From a virus (lineage: Duplodnaviria > Caudoviricetes): a stretch of DNA of 64,000 bases. A program made the translations under genes and the position numbers. The notes below the pieces were generated by a model. That model was not told the DNA's origin, searched no databases, and saw only the letters and a list, made by a program, of their open reading frames with translations. Below are positions 12,276-23,095 of this stretch, in pieces. The stretch covers positions 32,001-96,000 of IMG/VR virus record IMGVR_UViG_3300028805_000037; one strand, 5' to 3'. How positions within the stretch are numbered: position 1 is the first letter of the stretch; every line of letters begins with the position of its first letter.

Positions 12276-12751
12276 TGCGTAAGATAATTTATTTTGATAT
12301 GGACGGTGTACTTGTAGATTTCTATACAAAAGCGAAGGAAATCACTGCTCCATCTAAAACTCAATTCTGGAAACAAGTATCTCAAATTGGATTAAGTTTT
12401 TGGACTTCAATGAATGAAATAAAAGGAATAAAAGATATAATATTATCTTTAGACCTTAACACTATTGAAGTTAATATATTATCTAAGCTTCCTATAACAG
12501 ATACTGCAAATGCTTTAGCAGGGAAAGCTCTTTGGCTTTCACAACACTACCCTAATATATTTACGCATGTTATACTAACAAAAGGAAACAAAAGAGCATT
12601 TGCTAAAGATTGTTTACTTATAGATGATAAGGAAGCTAATGTTGAGTCCTGGAAATTAAAAGGTGGTGAAGCTTATTTATTTAAAGATAATGTAAAAGAG
12701 TTGACAAAAGTAATAAAAAATTATATAAGGAGATGTAATGATGAAAAGTAA
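12275..12751 (+). CDS. HAD-superfamily 5'(3')-deoxyribonucleotidase-like protein
   Basis: IYFDMDGVLVDF, GKALWL, LLIDD motifs. Confidence 0.8.
   Translation: MRKIIYFDMDGVLVDFYTKAKEITAPSKTQFWKQVSQIGLSFWTSMNEIKGIKDIILSLDLNTIEVNILSKLPITDTANALAGKALWLSQHYPNIFTHVILTKGNKRAFAKDCLLIDDKEANVESWKLKGGEAYLFKDNVKELTKVIKNYIRRCNDEK
12701..12729 (+). promoter_or_regulatory. Sigma70-type promoter
   Basis: TTGACA-N17-TATAAG. Confidence 0.5.
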
Positions 12752-13819
12752 AATTCTTAAAGATGTAAAAAAGTATGTAAATAATATAATAGATAATGAG
12801 TTTCATAGAATTATTGCTAGTGATATTCTTATGGTAGTTCAAAGAAGAGCATATAGTTATCTTTTAAATAATAGTTCAAAATATAATATGACTTATAATA
12901 AAATGAAAAACTTAGTTGATGAAATTATTGTTTTATTTAATAGTGAAAAACAAAAAATAGAAGTTAAAATAAAATGGAATAATTAATTGTATAGGAGGTG
13001 TAATGATGAATATAAAAAAGAAAGATGCATTGTATAAGATAAAAGGAACTAAATTTCCTAAAAAATTATATGAAGTCTGGACAGATACAGAAGGTGAGTG
13101 TTTAGTTGATATATGGATATTGGAAGATAAAGAAGAAAATTTATATGGTTTAGACGAAACTATATCTTTAGAACACTTTAATGAAAGTTATAAATTAAAT
13201 CTTGAAGAAATGAAAACTAAAAGTAAAGTTGTTAATAATTGTTATCTTAAGTTGTTAGTACCAAAAAAAGAAAAAGACTTAGAGATATTAAAAAAATTAG
13301 TTCCACTATATAAAAAAGAAGTTATGGAGATATTAAATGGAAATTAAAATGGTAAATACAGATAAAGTAAGTGAAGAAAATAAAAAAGTATTTTTTGAGT
13401 ATATGGAAAAAACTTCAAAAGAATTCCATGATGAAGCTTATCAATACTTAGATAAACTTTATAGTATACGGAATGTTTTAACTTATCGTCCAAGTAGTTT
13501 ATTAACAAAACATTTATGTTATATTTGTGGTTGTCTTATAATGACTCAATTTACATTATGTATTAATGATTATATAAATATGATTTTACATGGTGAAAAT
13601 CTAATAGTAAGTTGTATCTTTGGGTTTGTTTTAATGTTAGTTCAAATAGGTGCCTTGTGTGTTATATTATATCAAGCTATGTTACGCGATAAAAACTATA
13701 GGCATGCATGTTATTTAAAATTTAAGAAAAGTGATTGTGTAAAGAAATATGAAAATAATTTATTAAAAAAAGCAGAAGAATTAAATATAGAATTGGAAAT
13801 AATTGATGATGAAAATTAA
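12738..13819 (+). CDS. Three hypothetical proteins (12738-12986, 13003-13347, 13337-13819 with two TM segments)
   Basis: ORF track, SD sites. Confidence 0.7.
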
Positions 13820-13820
13820 T

Positions 13821-13849
13821 TTGCATTTTATTTTAAAATATGGTATAAT
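13821..13849 (+). promoter_or_regulatory. Sigma70-type promoter
   Basis: TTGCAT-N17-TATAAT with TG at the extended -10 position. Confidence 0.65.
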
Positions 13850-13881
13850 TATTTTTTATTAAATTTCGCGAGGTAAAATTG

Positions 13882-15411
13882 ATGAAGAAACGTATTACAA
13901 AAGAAGATGTAATAAATGATTACATTAAATGTAATGAAAATTACTTTAGCAAAACCAAGCGTGCAAACATTCCTAGATCAGTATATAGACTACACTCAAC
14001 TCTATCAGAACATCAAGTAAGAAAATATTTCGGCGGGTTATCAGCACTAAGAAAAGCAGCAGATAAAAAACTATTATTACGTTCTAGATTTACATCAGAA
14101 ATTAACAGTAAGGGTTATAAAAAGCAGCGTTATATTGTAACATCTATTGTAGAAGGAGCACCTATTAATAATGATTTTTATAGTGCATTAAAGTTATATG
14201 CTAATAAGAATAATGCTAAACTTCTTATGCTTTGGATGCGTGGTGTTTTAAAAACAGATATGTTTTCTTCAGAAGAAATGCGTGAGTATGAACCTTATTT
14301 AATAACAGGATTTAAATTTAATAGTAACTTAGAAGCAAGAGATTTTCTATTGCATCCTGCACAGCAATTACCTTTAACAGGACTTGATAGATTTGGTTCC
14401 AAAAAAACTTCATTAATTATATCCAGTACAAAGCAAATGATGACATCGGTTCCTAGACCAAAGAATACATTACCACATGTATTATGGACGACTGGAACTA
14501 TATCTATTCCAAATTACTCTAATACAAGAGCAGGTGAACTAGCCAAACAAGATAATACACTCGGGGCATTAGTTGTAGAAGTTGAGTCAAATAAAAAATT
14601 TTATATCAGAAATGTTGAATGGTTAAAAGACTGTTTTGTAGATTTAGGAAAGGCATATTATAAAGATAAAATAAAAAATATTACATGTGAAGCTATGGTT
14701 CTCGGAGATATACACAGCCAAGAAATAGATATGACTGCATTAAATAATGCTTTGGAACAAGTAAATTATTTAAAAGCCAAGAAGATATTCTTACATGATT
14801 TAAGTAGTTTTAATAGTATATCACACCATAATGAAGGGAAATATTTAACGAAAACTTTTATTCCACACGAGGCAAATACACTTAGGAAAGAATTAAATAT
14901 AGCAAAAGGTATATTAAAATATATACATCAATCAGTTAAAAGTTCTATTATAGTTGTGCAATCAAATCATGACGACTTTTTATACAGGTATTGTGATGAA
15001 GGATATTTCTTAAAGGATGCACACAATGCAATTTTAGGTGCTGAATGCTTTATAAAATTTACAAAAAACCGTAATCCAATTCAAGACTTTGTAAAGATGA
15101 GTTGTGTAAAATTTTTAAAACAAGATGAAAGTTATCAAGTTAATGGTATTGAAGTTGGTCAACATGGTCACCACGGTTCGAATGGAGCAAAAGGAAGTCC
15201 GAATGGTTTTAGGAAGTCATATAATAAAATTATACTTGGGCATTCACATTCACCTAAAATTTTAGGTGATACTTATTATGTAGGAACTTTATCTAAACTA
15301 ACTTTATCGTATAATAAAGGATCAAGTTCTTGGCTACCAGCCAATGCAGCAATCTATTCTAATGGTAGCAGACAGCTTTTAATTTGGATAGAAGATAATT
15401 GGAAAATGTAA
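13882..15411 (+). CDS. Calcineurin-like metallophosphoesterase domain protein
   Basis: LGDIH, LHD, SNHD, QHGH, GHSH motifs in the C-terminal half. Confidence 0.75.
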   Translation: MKKRITKEDVINDYIKCNENYFSKTKRANIPRSVYRLHSTLSEHQVRKYFGGLSALRKAADKKLLLRSRFTSEINSKGYKKQRYIVTSIVEGAPINNDFYSALKLYANKNNAKLLMLWMRGVLKTDMFSSEEMREYEPYLITGFKFNSNLEARDFLLHPAQQLPLTGLDRFGSKKTSLIISSTKQMMTSVPRPKNTLPHVLWTTGTISIPNYSNTRAGELAKQDNTLGALVVEVESNKKFYIRNVEWLKDCFVDLGKAYYKDKIKNITCEAMVLGDIHSQEIDMTALNNALEQVNYLKAKKIFLHDLSSFNSISHHNEGKYLTKTFIPHEANTLRKELNIAKGILKYIHQSVKSSIIVVQSNHDDFLYRYCDEGYFLKDAHNAILGAECFIKFTKNRNPIQDFVKMSCVKFLKQDESYQVNGIEVGQHGHHGSNGAKGSPNGFRKSYNKIILGHSHSPKILGDTYYVGTLSKLTLSYNKGSSSWLPANAAIYSNGSRQLLIWIEDNWKM

Positions 15412-15427
15412 CAGGAGAAACAAAGAA

Positions 15428-16879
15428 ATGGTAACAATTCAAGTAGCAAACTTAATGAGTAGAATAGTAGAAGTTTATGATTGGAATATACATAAACTAC
15501 TTGATAGACAATTAAGCTATCAAGTAGAGGGCGTAGAGTTTATTCCGTCAGTTCAAAATGGATTTTGGGATGGTATTATTCATCTTTATAGTACGAAAAC
15601 ATTTACTTTTTCTACTGGGTTATTATCAAAAGTTTGTGATATACTTACAAAAAATAATGTTCAATATACAATTAATGATACAAGAATAAAACCAACATGT
15701 GGTTTACCTTTACCTACAAATACAAATTTAAGACAAGATCAAGAGGATGTAGTAAAAACTTGTATGGAAAAAGCTAGAGGTATTGTAGCTCTTCCTACTG
15801 GCTGGGGAAAAAGTTTTTCTCAAATTGATCTCGTATGCAGATTAAATTTACCTACGGTAATTGTTGTTCATAAATTAGATATAATGCAACAGTTTATTGA
15901 TTGGTTTAAAGAAAGAGCAGGAATAGAAGTAGGACAAATTGGAAATGGGATTGTTAATCCTCAGCATATAACAGTAGTAATGATACAGACTCTTGCAAAC
16001 TATTTTAATATAAAAAGCAAAGATATAAAGAAGGAAGCAGTTGATATGACGAAATATAATGCAGTGATTAATATGTGTAACAATGCTCAAGTATTAATTA
16101 CTGACGAATTGCATTGTATGTTAACTGGTGATGTATGGAATAAAGTATTTACTCATTTCAAAAATACATATTACAGGCTTGGCTTTAGTGCAACTCCTTA
16201 TAAAAGTTTATCTGGAGAGTTGGAATCTGAAGCTATTTACGGTCCAATAATAGCTAAAGAAAGTTATATGGAGTGTGTTAAAAAAGGGTACCTAACTCAA
16301 CCAGAAGTAATTGTTTATGATTATAAACAACAAGGATTGCCTTGGGGTGTTAAATTTCAACAAGCATATAAAGAAAGAATAGTTGAAAACGAAGATAGAA
16401 ATTTTCTTATATGTCAAATTGCTTTAAAGTATTGGAAAGCAGGAAAAAAAGTATTTATTGCAGTTACTCATATCAATCACGGTAAATTACTTAAACAAAT
16501 GTTTGAGACAGTTATTGGTAAAGATAATGTTATTTTTGCAGAAGGTAGTACATCATTGCAAAAAAGACAGGCTGGTATCAAAGACTTTGAAAACGGTGGA
16601 AAAATTTTGATAGCCACATCTATATATAACGAAGGTATTAATATTAAATCAATGGATGTATTAATAAATGCACGCTGTTCTTTATCAAAAAATGTATTCT
16701 TACAGACAATTGGAAGATGTTTAAGACTTTCTCCAGGTAAAACAAAAGCAGTTATTATAGATATTCAAGATAAAAATGTGAAATACTTTGCTTACCATGG
16801 GCGTGAAAGATATCAAATATTACAAGATTGTGAATTTAATATAAAAGAAGTTGACAATTTAAATCAGATTATAATATAA
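15428..16879 (+). CDS. SF2 DNA helicase (UvsW/DEAH-like)
   Basis: LPTGWGKS, DELH, GFSATP, QTIGRCLR. Confidence 0.9.
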   Translation: MVTIQVANLMSRIVEVYDWNIHKLLDRQLSYQVEGVEFIPSVQNGFWDGIIHLYSTKTFTFSTGLLSKVCDILTKNNVQYTINDTRIKPTCGLPLPTNTNLRQDQEDVVKTCMEKARGIVALPTGWGKSFSQIDLVCRLNLPTVIVVHKLDIMQQFIDWFKERAGIEVGQIGNGIVNPQHITVVMIQTLANYFNIKSKDIKKEAVDMTKYNAVINMCNNAQVLITDELHCMLTGDVWNKVFTHFKNTYYRLGFSATPYKSLSGELESEAIYGPIIAKESYMECVKKGYLTQPEVIVYDYKQQGLPWGVKFQQAYKERIVENEDRNFLICQIALKYWKAGKKVFIAVTHINHGKLLKQMFETVIGKDNVIFAEGSTSLQKRQAGIKDFENGGKILIATSIYNEGINIKSMDVLINARCSLSKNVFLQTIGRCLRLSPGKTKAVIIDIQDKNVKYFAYHGRERYQILQDCEFNIKEVDNLNQIII

Positions 16880-16880
16880 T
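16851..16880 (+). promoter_or_regulatory. Sigma70-type promoter
   Basis: TTGACA-N18-TATAAT. Confidence 0.55.
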
Positions 16881-16901
16881 AATTAAAAAGGAGAGATAAA
16901 A

Positions 16902-17431
16902 ATGCGTTATACAATTATGGCTATAATAATATTTATGATTGGTGTATTGTTTGTTATAGCTGCAAGTTATAGTAAATCAAATGCAGATACCAAAATCATA
17001 GTTAATTATTCAGATAAGTATGCGGGAACGGAACCGTATATTTTAAATTGGAGGATAAGGTAATGAAAAATAAAATACCTGATGTAAAAGGAAGAAAAAA
17101 AATAATACTTAAATTTAATCTAGATGACTTTAAAAAGATGAAAATGATTGATGACTTCTTTACAATAACAGGTATGACTCCTTATTTAAAAAATCTTACA
17201 ATACACGATGTAAGACAAACTGAAATGAATGAAGAAGATGGTAAAGCAATTCATGAATACTGGTTAAAGAACTGGAAGAAAATAAAAGAATGTCGTGGGT
17301 ACAAAGAACAATATGCTCACAGCAAAATATCGTTTACATGGATGAATTATGCTCCAGTTTATAATCCTAAATGTCCAAGAGGGGAAGTATGGATATTTCC
17401 AAAAAAGAAAACCAAGGAGACTTTAAAATGA
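16902..17431 (+). CDS. Small membrane protein (16902-17063) and hypothetical protein (17063-17431)
   Basis: AAGGAG SD; TAATG coupling. Confidence 0.65.
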
Positions 17432-19092
17432 AAAAAGCATTAGTTGTTTTATGTCATAACCATGTTGATGTAACTAAAAAATTTATGCAATCTGTATTAT
17501 CTGAATTAGATGAAACATATGATGTGTATATATTAGATAATGGTAGCACAGATGATACAATGTCTTATTTAATAGACCTCACAAAAAATAATACAGATAC
17601 TCAACCTGGAATTTATATACAACATTCAGATAAGAATTTAGGCTTTGCTGCCGGAAATAATCTTTTAATTAGAAGTTTATTATTAAATAATAAAGAGTTA
17701 GCGTTGCTACATCATGACGCAGAGAACTTTTATTCCAATGTAATATTTATAAATAATGACACTTTAATTACTAAAAAAGCAATAGAGAAACTCATTGAGA
17801 TAAATAATGCAGACGAATTTATTGGAGCTACAGGACCAATGTCAAATATGGCAGGAGGTTCTCAAGGAGTTAATATTGAAGGTTTAACTGAGGTAACATA
17901 TAAAACTTATGCAGATAGGCTTGCTTCTACACAGAAAGTAAATGTAGTTAACACATTCCTACTTATTGGTTTTTGTTTATGTGTAAAGATGAATGTGCTT
18001 AAGAAAGTAGGTTTCTTTGATGAACAATTTGGTTTTGGAATGTGGGAAGATAATGATTTCTGCTTACGTATAAAAGAAGCTGGGTATAAACTTTATATTG
18101 TTAGAGAGTCTTTTATATATCATTTTGGTAATCAAACAATAAAAGATTTTGATATGAAAAAATTATTTGAAGAAAATAAAAAGAAGTTTATTAAAAAACA
18201 TAAGACATTTAAACTATCTGTATCTATGATTGTAAAGAATGAAGAAAGATATTTACCACAATGTTTAGAGTCAATAAAAGATTTTGTAGATGAAATTGTT
18301 ATCACAGATACAGGTTCAGTTGATTCCTCAAAAGAAATATGTAAAAAGTATACAGATAAAATATTTGATTATAAATGGGATGATAGCTTTGCAAATGCAA
18401 GAAACAACTCTTTGCATAAATGTACAGGCGATTGGATTATAAGTTTAGATGCAGATGAAGTAATACCAGTAGGAACTTTTCTTTATATTTATGATTTAAT
18501 ATTATGTAATACAGATAAAGCAGATGCTTATATATTTCCTATAAGAAACCTAATGCCAGATAATACTTACAGTATAAGTACAACTACAAGATTATTTAGA
18601 AATATACCAGGTGTTGAATTTAAAGGTAGAGTACATGAAACAGTTGATAAGAGTTTACTTAAATTAAATCTTAAATGGTTTAATGCAACTCAACCGTTTT
18701 TACATTACGGATATTTAAAAGGTAAAGTTAAGACTCCTTTTTATAGACATTTATGTTTAGAAGAATTGAAAGACGATCCTAAAAATTTTGAAGTATATTA
18801 TAATCTTGGTAAAATATATTTTCATGATGATAAAGACTATCAAAAAGCAGCCGACTTTATTTCCAAAGCAGTGGAACTTGGTGGTAATCATTATTTAATA
18901 TTTCATGAGCTCGCTGTTGCTAAATATTTTGCTTTCATATCTAAACATCAAGATGAAATAAAAGATATTTATAATGACTTTATGAAATGTAAAAAAACAA
19001 TACCAAAAAGTTTTCCAGAATTTACTCAAAAACTTGAAGCAAATATGAAAGCAGTTGAGAAAATGATTATAAAAAAGGAAGATAAAAAATGA
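17428..19092 (+). CDS. Glycosyltransferase with two GT2 domains and a TPR-like tail
   Basis: LDNGSTD, NLGFAAGNN, INND, WEDNDFC; second domain SMIVKNEE, DTGSVD, FANARN, LDADE, GRVHE, HYGY. Confidence 0.9.
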   Translation: MKKALVVLCHNHVDVTKKFMQSVLSELDETYDVYILDNGSTDDTMSYLIDLTKNNTDTQPGIYIQHSDKNLGFAAGNNLLIRSLLLNNKELALLHHDAENFYSNVIFINNDTLITKKAIEKLIEINNADEFIGATGPMSNMAGGSQGVNIEGLTEVTYKTYADRLASTQKVNVVNTFLLIGFCLCVKMNVLKKVGFFDEQFGFGMWEDNDFCLRIKEAGYKLYIVRESFIYHFGNQTIKDFDMKKLFEENKKKFIKKHKTFKLSVSMIVKNEERYLPQCLESIKDFVDEIVITDTGSVDSSKEICKKYTDKIFDYKWDDSFANARNNSLHKCTGDWIISLDADEVIPVGTFLYIYDLILCNTDKADAYIFPIRNLMPDNTYSISTTTRLFRNIPGVEFKGRVHETVDKSLLKLNLKWFNATQPFLHYGYLKGKVKTPFYRHLCLEELKDDPKNFEVYYNLGKIYFHDDKDYQKAADFISKAVELGGNHYLIFHELAVAKYFAFISKHQDEIKDIYNDFMKCKKTIPKSFPEFTQKLEANMKAVEKMIIKKEDKK

Positions 19093-19772
19093 AAACACTT
19101 CTTTTAATTAATGGTGGGTTACGTATTGGAGATACATTTCATATGCTTCCGTGGTTGTATAAGCATAAGGATTTTAAAATTACTTGGATAACAGGTACAT
19201 ATGAATATGAAGCAGTAAAGTTTTTACAACAACATTATCCAAATATTATAGAAATAAAGACAATAGAAGATGGTTTGCCAATGGATATAAAAGATAGATA
19301 CAACTTTACAAAGAAAGTTAATTTATCGTATGAAGAATATAAAAAATATGATCTTGTAGAAAGTGATATTAATTTATTTCTTGATGTAAATCCAAATGCT
19401 TACCAGAAAGAAATTGAGTATTTACCGAATATAACTCAAGAAAATGTAGCACCTTATATATGTTATCAAGCAGATAGTGTAAGTTCTTGGAAACATTTAG
19501 ATATAATAAATCAATATAAACTCCCGAATATAAGAGCAATTAGTATTGGAAAGAAAGGTGAAAGAATAGTTCCGGGGACTGAAGATTTTACTGGAACAGA
19601 TTTAAATATAAGTGCACAATTAATTAAGAATAGTATACTATTTATAGGAATACACTCAGCTATGAGCTGTCTTAATTTCTATTTAAATCACCCAGGGATT
19701 GTATTACATTTTACTTCTGGACTATTAAAGTTTTCGGATTATAATAAAAAAGTACTTGACATTTTAAAATAA
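19089..19772 (+). CDS. Putative GT-B (GT9/heptosyltransferase-like) glycosyltransferase
   Basis: RIGDTFHMLP N-terminal motif; DFTGTDL..SAQLIKNSILFIGIHSA motif. Confidence 0.6.
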   Translation: MKTLLLINGGLRIGDTFHMLPWLYKHKDFKITWITGTYEYEAVKFLQQHYPNIIEIKTIEDGLPMDIKDRYNFTKKVNLSYEEYKKYDLVESDINLFLDVNPNAYQKEIEYLPNITQENVAPYICYQADSVSSWKHLDIINQYKLPNIRAISIGKKGERIVPGTEDFTGTDLNISAQLIKNSILFIGIHSAMSCLNFYLNHPGIVLHFTSGLLKFSDYNKKVLDILK

Positions 19773-19784
19773 TTATATTATAAT
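19756..19784 (+). promoter_or_regulatory. Perfect consensus sigma70 promoter for the NAD cluster
   Basis: TTGACA-N17-TATAAT. Confidence 0.8.
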
Positions 19785-19840
19785 AATTACATTCACTCAG
19801 AGAGAGTGTCTAAATTTATTACCCAAGGAGGGTTACCAAC

Positions 19841-20410
19841 ATGAAGAAGAATGCTGTACTTGTAGTAGATTATCAGTTCGATTTCGCCGATCCAAAAGGT
19901 GGACTCTACGTTAAAGACGGAGAGAAGATTCAAAAATCAATTAATGAATTTCTAGAAAAAGTTAAAGACAAAGTTACTGTCATAGCCTCTAGAGATTGGC
20001 ATCCCAAAAATCATTGTTCATTTACAGAAAATGGTGGACAATGGAACACTCATTGCGTTCAAAATACAGACGGCGCAAAGCTATACTTTGATTCAAAGTA
20101 CGTAAACATTTTTATTGATAAAGGACAAGACGTAAATAAAGAGGAGTACTCCTGTGTAACAACAGATGCAGTTAAAAATAGATTTAGTGAATTTGATAAC
20201 ATCTTTGTGCTTGGTTTAGCAAAAGATTTCTGTGTAAAATATTCACTAAAAGATTTAAATTTCTTTAATAATAAAATCAAATTATATTTAATTAATGACT
20301 TATCTAAATCGGTTTTTCCTAAAAAAGATAAAGAATTACTTAAAGAATTTGAAGGACAAGATATAAAAATAATAAATAAAAAAGAAGCGGAGGAAATAAT
20401 ATGTCTATAA
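19841..20410 (+). CDS. pncA: Nicotinamidase
   Basis: VVDYQFDF, SRDWHP..HCSF, W..HCVQ, KG...EEYS, GLAKDFCV. Confidence 0.9.
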   Translation: MKKNAVLVVDYQFDFADPKGGLYVKDGEKIQKSINEFLEKVKDKVTVIASRDWHPKNHCSFTENGGQWNTHCVQNTDGAKLYFDSKYVNIFIDKGQDVNKEEYSCVTTDAVKNRFSEFDNIFVLGLAKDFCVKYSLKDLNFFNNKIKLYLINDLSKSVFPKKDKELLKEFEGQDIKIINKKEAEEIICL

Positions 20411-21579
20411 TTAAAAGTTTATTAGATACAGATTTATATAAAATCAATATGATGTGTGTATACTTCAATCGTTTTCCAAATAAAGTTGGAAGATTTGAAT
20501 TTAAATGTCGTAATAAAGATGTAAGATTTACAACAACAATGCTTAAAAGAATTAATGATGAGTTAGATAATTTATGTACTTTACAATTTACAAATGAAGA
20601 AATAAATTGGTTATCTAATTTAGCATGGCTTAAAAATAAAATTGGCTTCTTATCATTTCTAAAACTATTTAAGTTTGATAGAAATATGATAACAGCAGAA
20701 CTTCAAGAGGGTGGAAAACTTAAAGTTTCTGCTAAAGGTCCTATCTATATGATAAGTTATTTCGAAACATTTGTTCTCTCTATTGTAAGTGAAGTATATT
20801 ATGATGCAACTTATCCAGAAGAAGATTGCTCTTTAGCTATGAGCAAATTAGAAAAGAAAATAGGTCAGATATTATACGCTGGCAGACCATTTAAGTTCAG
20901 TGAATTTGGTGCTAGAAGAAGATTTAGTTTTGATTGGCACGAGCAAGTAGTTAAAACATTAGCTAAAAAAGTACCTTCATGGGAATTTGTAGGTACATCA
21001 GATATGTATTTAGCTATGAAATATAATCTCGTTCCTCAAGGAACTATGGCACATGAGTTCCTTTGTTTAGGTCAAGCACTGGATAATGTAACATTAGAAG
21101 CATCTCAAAGATACATGTTACAACAATGGGCAGATGAGTTCAGAGGAAATTTAGGTATAGCTTTAAGTGATAATCTTGGAATAGATAAATTTCTTAAAGA
21201 CTTTGATTTATATTTCGCTAAACTATTCAATGGTATAAGACAAGATAGTGGAGATCCAATAGAAGTTGGGAATAAAATAATTGAACACTATAAAAAACTT
21301 GGTATTAATCCTTTAACCAAAACAATAGTATTTAGTGATTGTTTAGATGTTAGAAAAGCACTAGATTTGAATGAAAAATTTTCTGATAAAATTAATGTAG
21401 CCTTTGGTATAGGAACCAATTTAGTTTGTGATATGGGGAGTTTCAGTCCATTACAATGTGTAATGAAACTTGTAGAAGTAGATGGTAAACCTGTAGCAAA
21501 GATAAGTGATAGCGATGGTAAAGTAATGTGTGAAGATGAAGATTATATAAATTATCTCAAGTCTGTAATTAAGAGATAA
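20401..21579 (+). CDS. pncB: Nicotinate phosphoribosyltransferase
   Basis: SLLDTDLYK, EFGARRRFS, GTMAHE, RQDSGDP, FGIGTNL, PVAKISD. Confidence 0.92.
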   Translation: MSIIKSLLDTDLYKINMMCVYFNRFPNKVGRFEFKCRNKDVRFTTTMLKRINDELDNLCTLQFTNEEINWLSNLAWLKNKIGFLSFLKLFKFDRNMITAELQEGGKLKVSAKGPIYMISYFETFVLSIVSEVYYDATYPEEDCSLAMSKLEKKIGQILYAGRPFKFSEFGARRRFSFDWHEQVVKTLAKKVPSWEFVGTSDMYLAMKYNLVPQGTMAHEFLCLGQALDNVTLEASQRYMLQQWADEFRGNLGIALSDNLGIDKFLKDFDLYFAKLFNGIRQDSGDPIEVGNKIIEHYKKLGINPLTKTIVFSDCLDVRKALDLNEKFSDKINVAFGIGTNLVCDMGSFSPLQCVMKLVEVDGKPVAKISDSDGKVMCEDEDYINYLKSVIKR

Positions 21580-21634
21580 TATATTAGCCGTTAAGTCAGT
21601 TAAAGTATATTAAAATATATAATAGGAGAAACAA

Positions 21635-22141
21635 ATGAAATATATAATATGTGATTTAGACGGAACATTATTTAATGTAGAACATAGACTTCCTTTATTA
21701 CAGAACTGTAGAAATGAGGAAGACTATGATAAATTTCATGCAGCACATGTTAACGATACTATTAATGAAAATATACTTGGGATACTTAATACTTATATGA
21801 TGTTAAAGAATAGTGTAAAGTTTATATTTGTTACAGGACGCCATGAAAAATTTAGGGAGTCAACTGTTAAACAACTGGATGATTTAGTTTTTTCACCAGA
21901 ACAATATACGCTTTATATGAAGTCTTCCTATGAAATGTATACACCAAATTTTGTAACAACAGTATTAGAAGACTTAGCAATTAAATGTGGTTTAGATAAT
22001 ATATTATTTGTTTTGGACGATAGACCAGCAACAGTTAAACTTTATAGAGAAGCAGGTCTTACTTGTTTACAAGTAAAAGATTCAACTGGCTTTATTGAAG
22101 ATGTAAAGAAAGAGGAAATACAAAATGAAACTAAACTTTAA
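21635..22141 (+). CDS. HAD phosphatase (PNKP 3'-phosphatase-like)
   Basis: CDLDGTL, FVTGR, LDDR motifs. Confidence 0.75.
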   Translation: MKYIICDLDGTLFNVEHRLPLLQNCRNEEDYDKFHAAHVNDTINENILGILNTYMMLKNSVKFIFVTGRHEKFRESTVKQLDDLVFSPEQYTLYMKSSYEMYTPNFVTTVLEDLAIKCGLDNILFVLDDRPATVKLYREAGLTCLQVKDSTGFIEDVKKEEIQNETKL

Positions 22142-22445
22142 CAAACAACAGACACTTACTATTGAAGAACTATTATTCCATAAAACTTGTGATATGTGTC
22201 CAGAACAATATGACGTTTATAAAGGAACAAAACAAGTAGGATATGTTAGATTAAGATGGGGAAATTTAACTGTAGATTTTCCAAATGCTTTAGACAAACT
22301 TATTTATTCAAAAGACTTTGGTAACGGATATAAAGGTTGTTTTAACGATGATAATGAAAGAATACTTTACCTTAAAAAGGTAGCAAAGTGTATAAAGGAG
22401 GAGCTAAAACATGTTAACAAACGAAAAAGTAATACAAAATATTAA
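22125..22445 (+). CDS. Hypothetical phage protein
   Basis: TCDMCPEQYDV..GYVRLRWG; overlaps neighbours. Confidence 0.7.
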   Translation: MKLNFNKQQTLTIEELLFHKTCDMCPEQYDVYKGTKQVGYVRLRWGNLTVDFPNALDKLIYSKDFGNGYKGCFNDDNERILYLKKVAKCIKEELKHVNKRKSNTKY

Positions 22446-23094
22446 AGATTGGTTTAAACAATCCGGTTCAAAAACTGCAGTAATAAATATAAGTGGCGGA
22501 GCAGATAGTACTTATGTTGCTTGGTGTTTAGTAAAAGCGTTAGGAAAAGAAAATGTATATGGTATTCTCCAACCTAATGGTGCACAAAAAGATATTAATG
22601 ATGCTTTAAAAGTAGTTACAGAATTAGGAATTAGTTATACTGTATTGAATATAGGTGATATCTATGATAAATTTAAAGTATTATTAAGTAGTAATAATCC
22701 AGACTATATTAATATTGCACCTAGAATCCGTATGACTGTGGCTTATGCAATAGCTAATGGTAGGAACGCTAGAGTAATTGGTACAGGTAATGCATCAGAA
22801 AGATATGTAGGATACTTTACAAAATGGGGAGATGGCGCTTGTGACTATAATCCTATAAAGGATATTCTTAAAACAGACTTAATTCAAATGGGATTAGAGT
22901 TAGGAATACCAAAAGAACTTATCTGTAAAACGCCTTCGGATGGTCTTACAGGAAAAACTGATGAAGAAAAATATGGCTTTTCTTATAAAGTTTTGGATGA
23001 GTATATTAAGACTGGTGTCTGTGAAGACTATAAAATAAAAGAAAAAATAGATAGGATGCATAAAAATAGCAGGCATAAGTTTGAGGAGATTTAA
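22411..23094 (+). CDS. nadE: NH3-dependent NAD+ synthetase (single domain)
   Basis: ISGGADS, NIAPRIRM, GTGNASERYVGYFTKWGDG, PSDGL..TDE. Confidence 0.92.
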   Translation: MLTNEKVIQNIKDWFKQSGSKTAVINISGGADSTYVAWCLVKALGKENVYGILQPNGAQKDINDALKVVTELGISYTVLNIGDIYDKFKVLLSSNNPDYINIAPRIRMTVAYAIANGRNARVIGTGNASERYVGYFTKWGDGACDYNPIKDILKTDLIQMGLELGIPKELICKTPSDGLTGKTDEEKYGFSYKVLDEYIKTGVCEDYKIKEKIDRMHKNSRHKFEEI

Positions 23095-23095
23095 A

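Noticed and set aside
19791-19810. CACTC-N5-GAGTG inverted repeat in the pncA leader as an NrtR/NiaR operator or NAD riboswitch
   Set aside because: Too short and does not fit the consensus I know; no second copy
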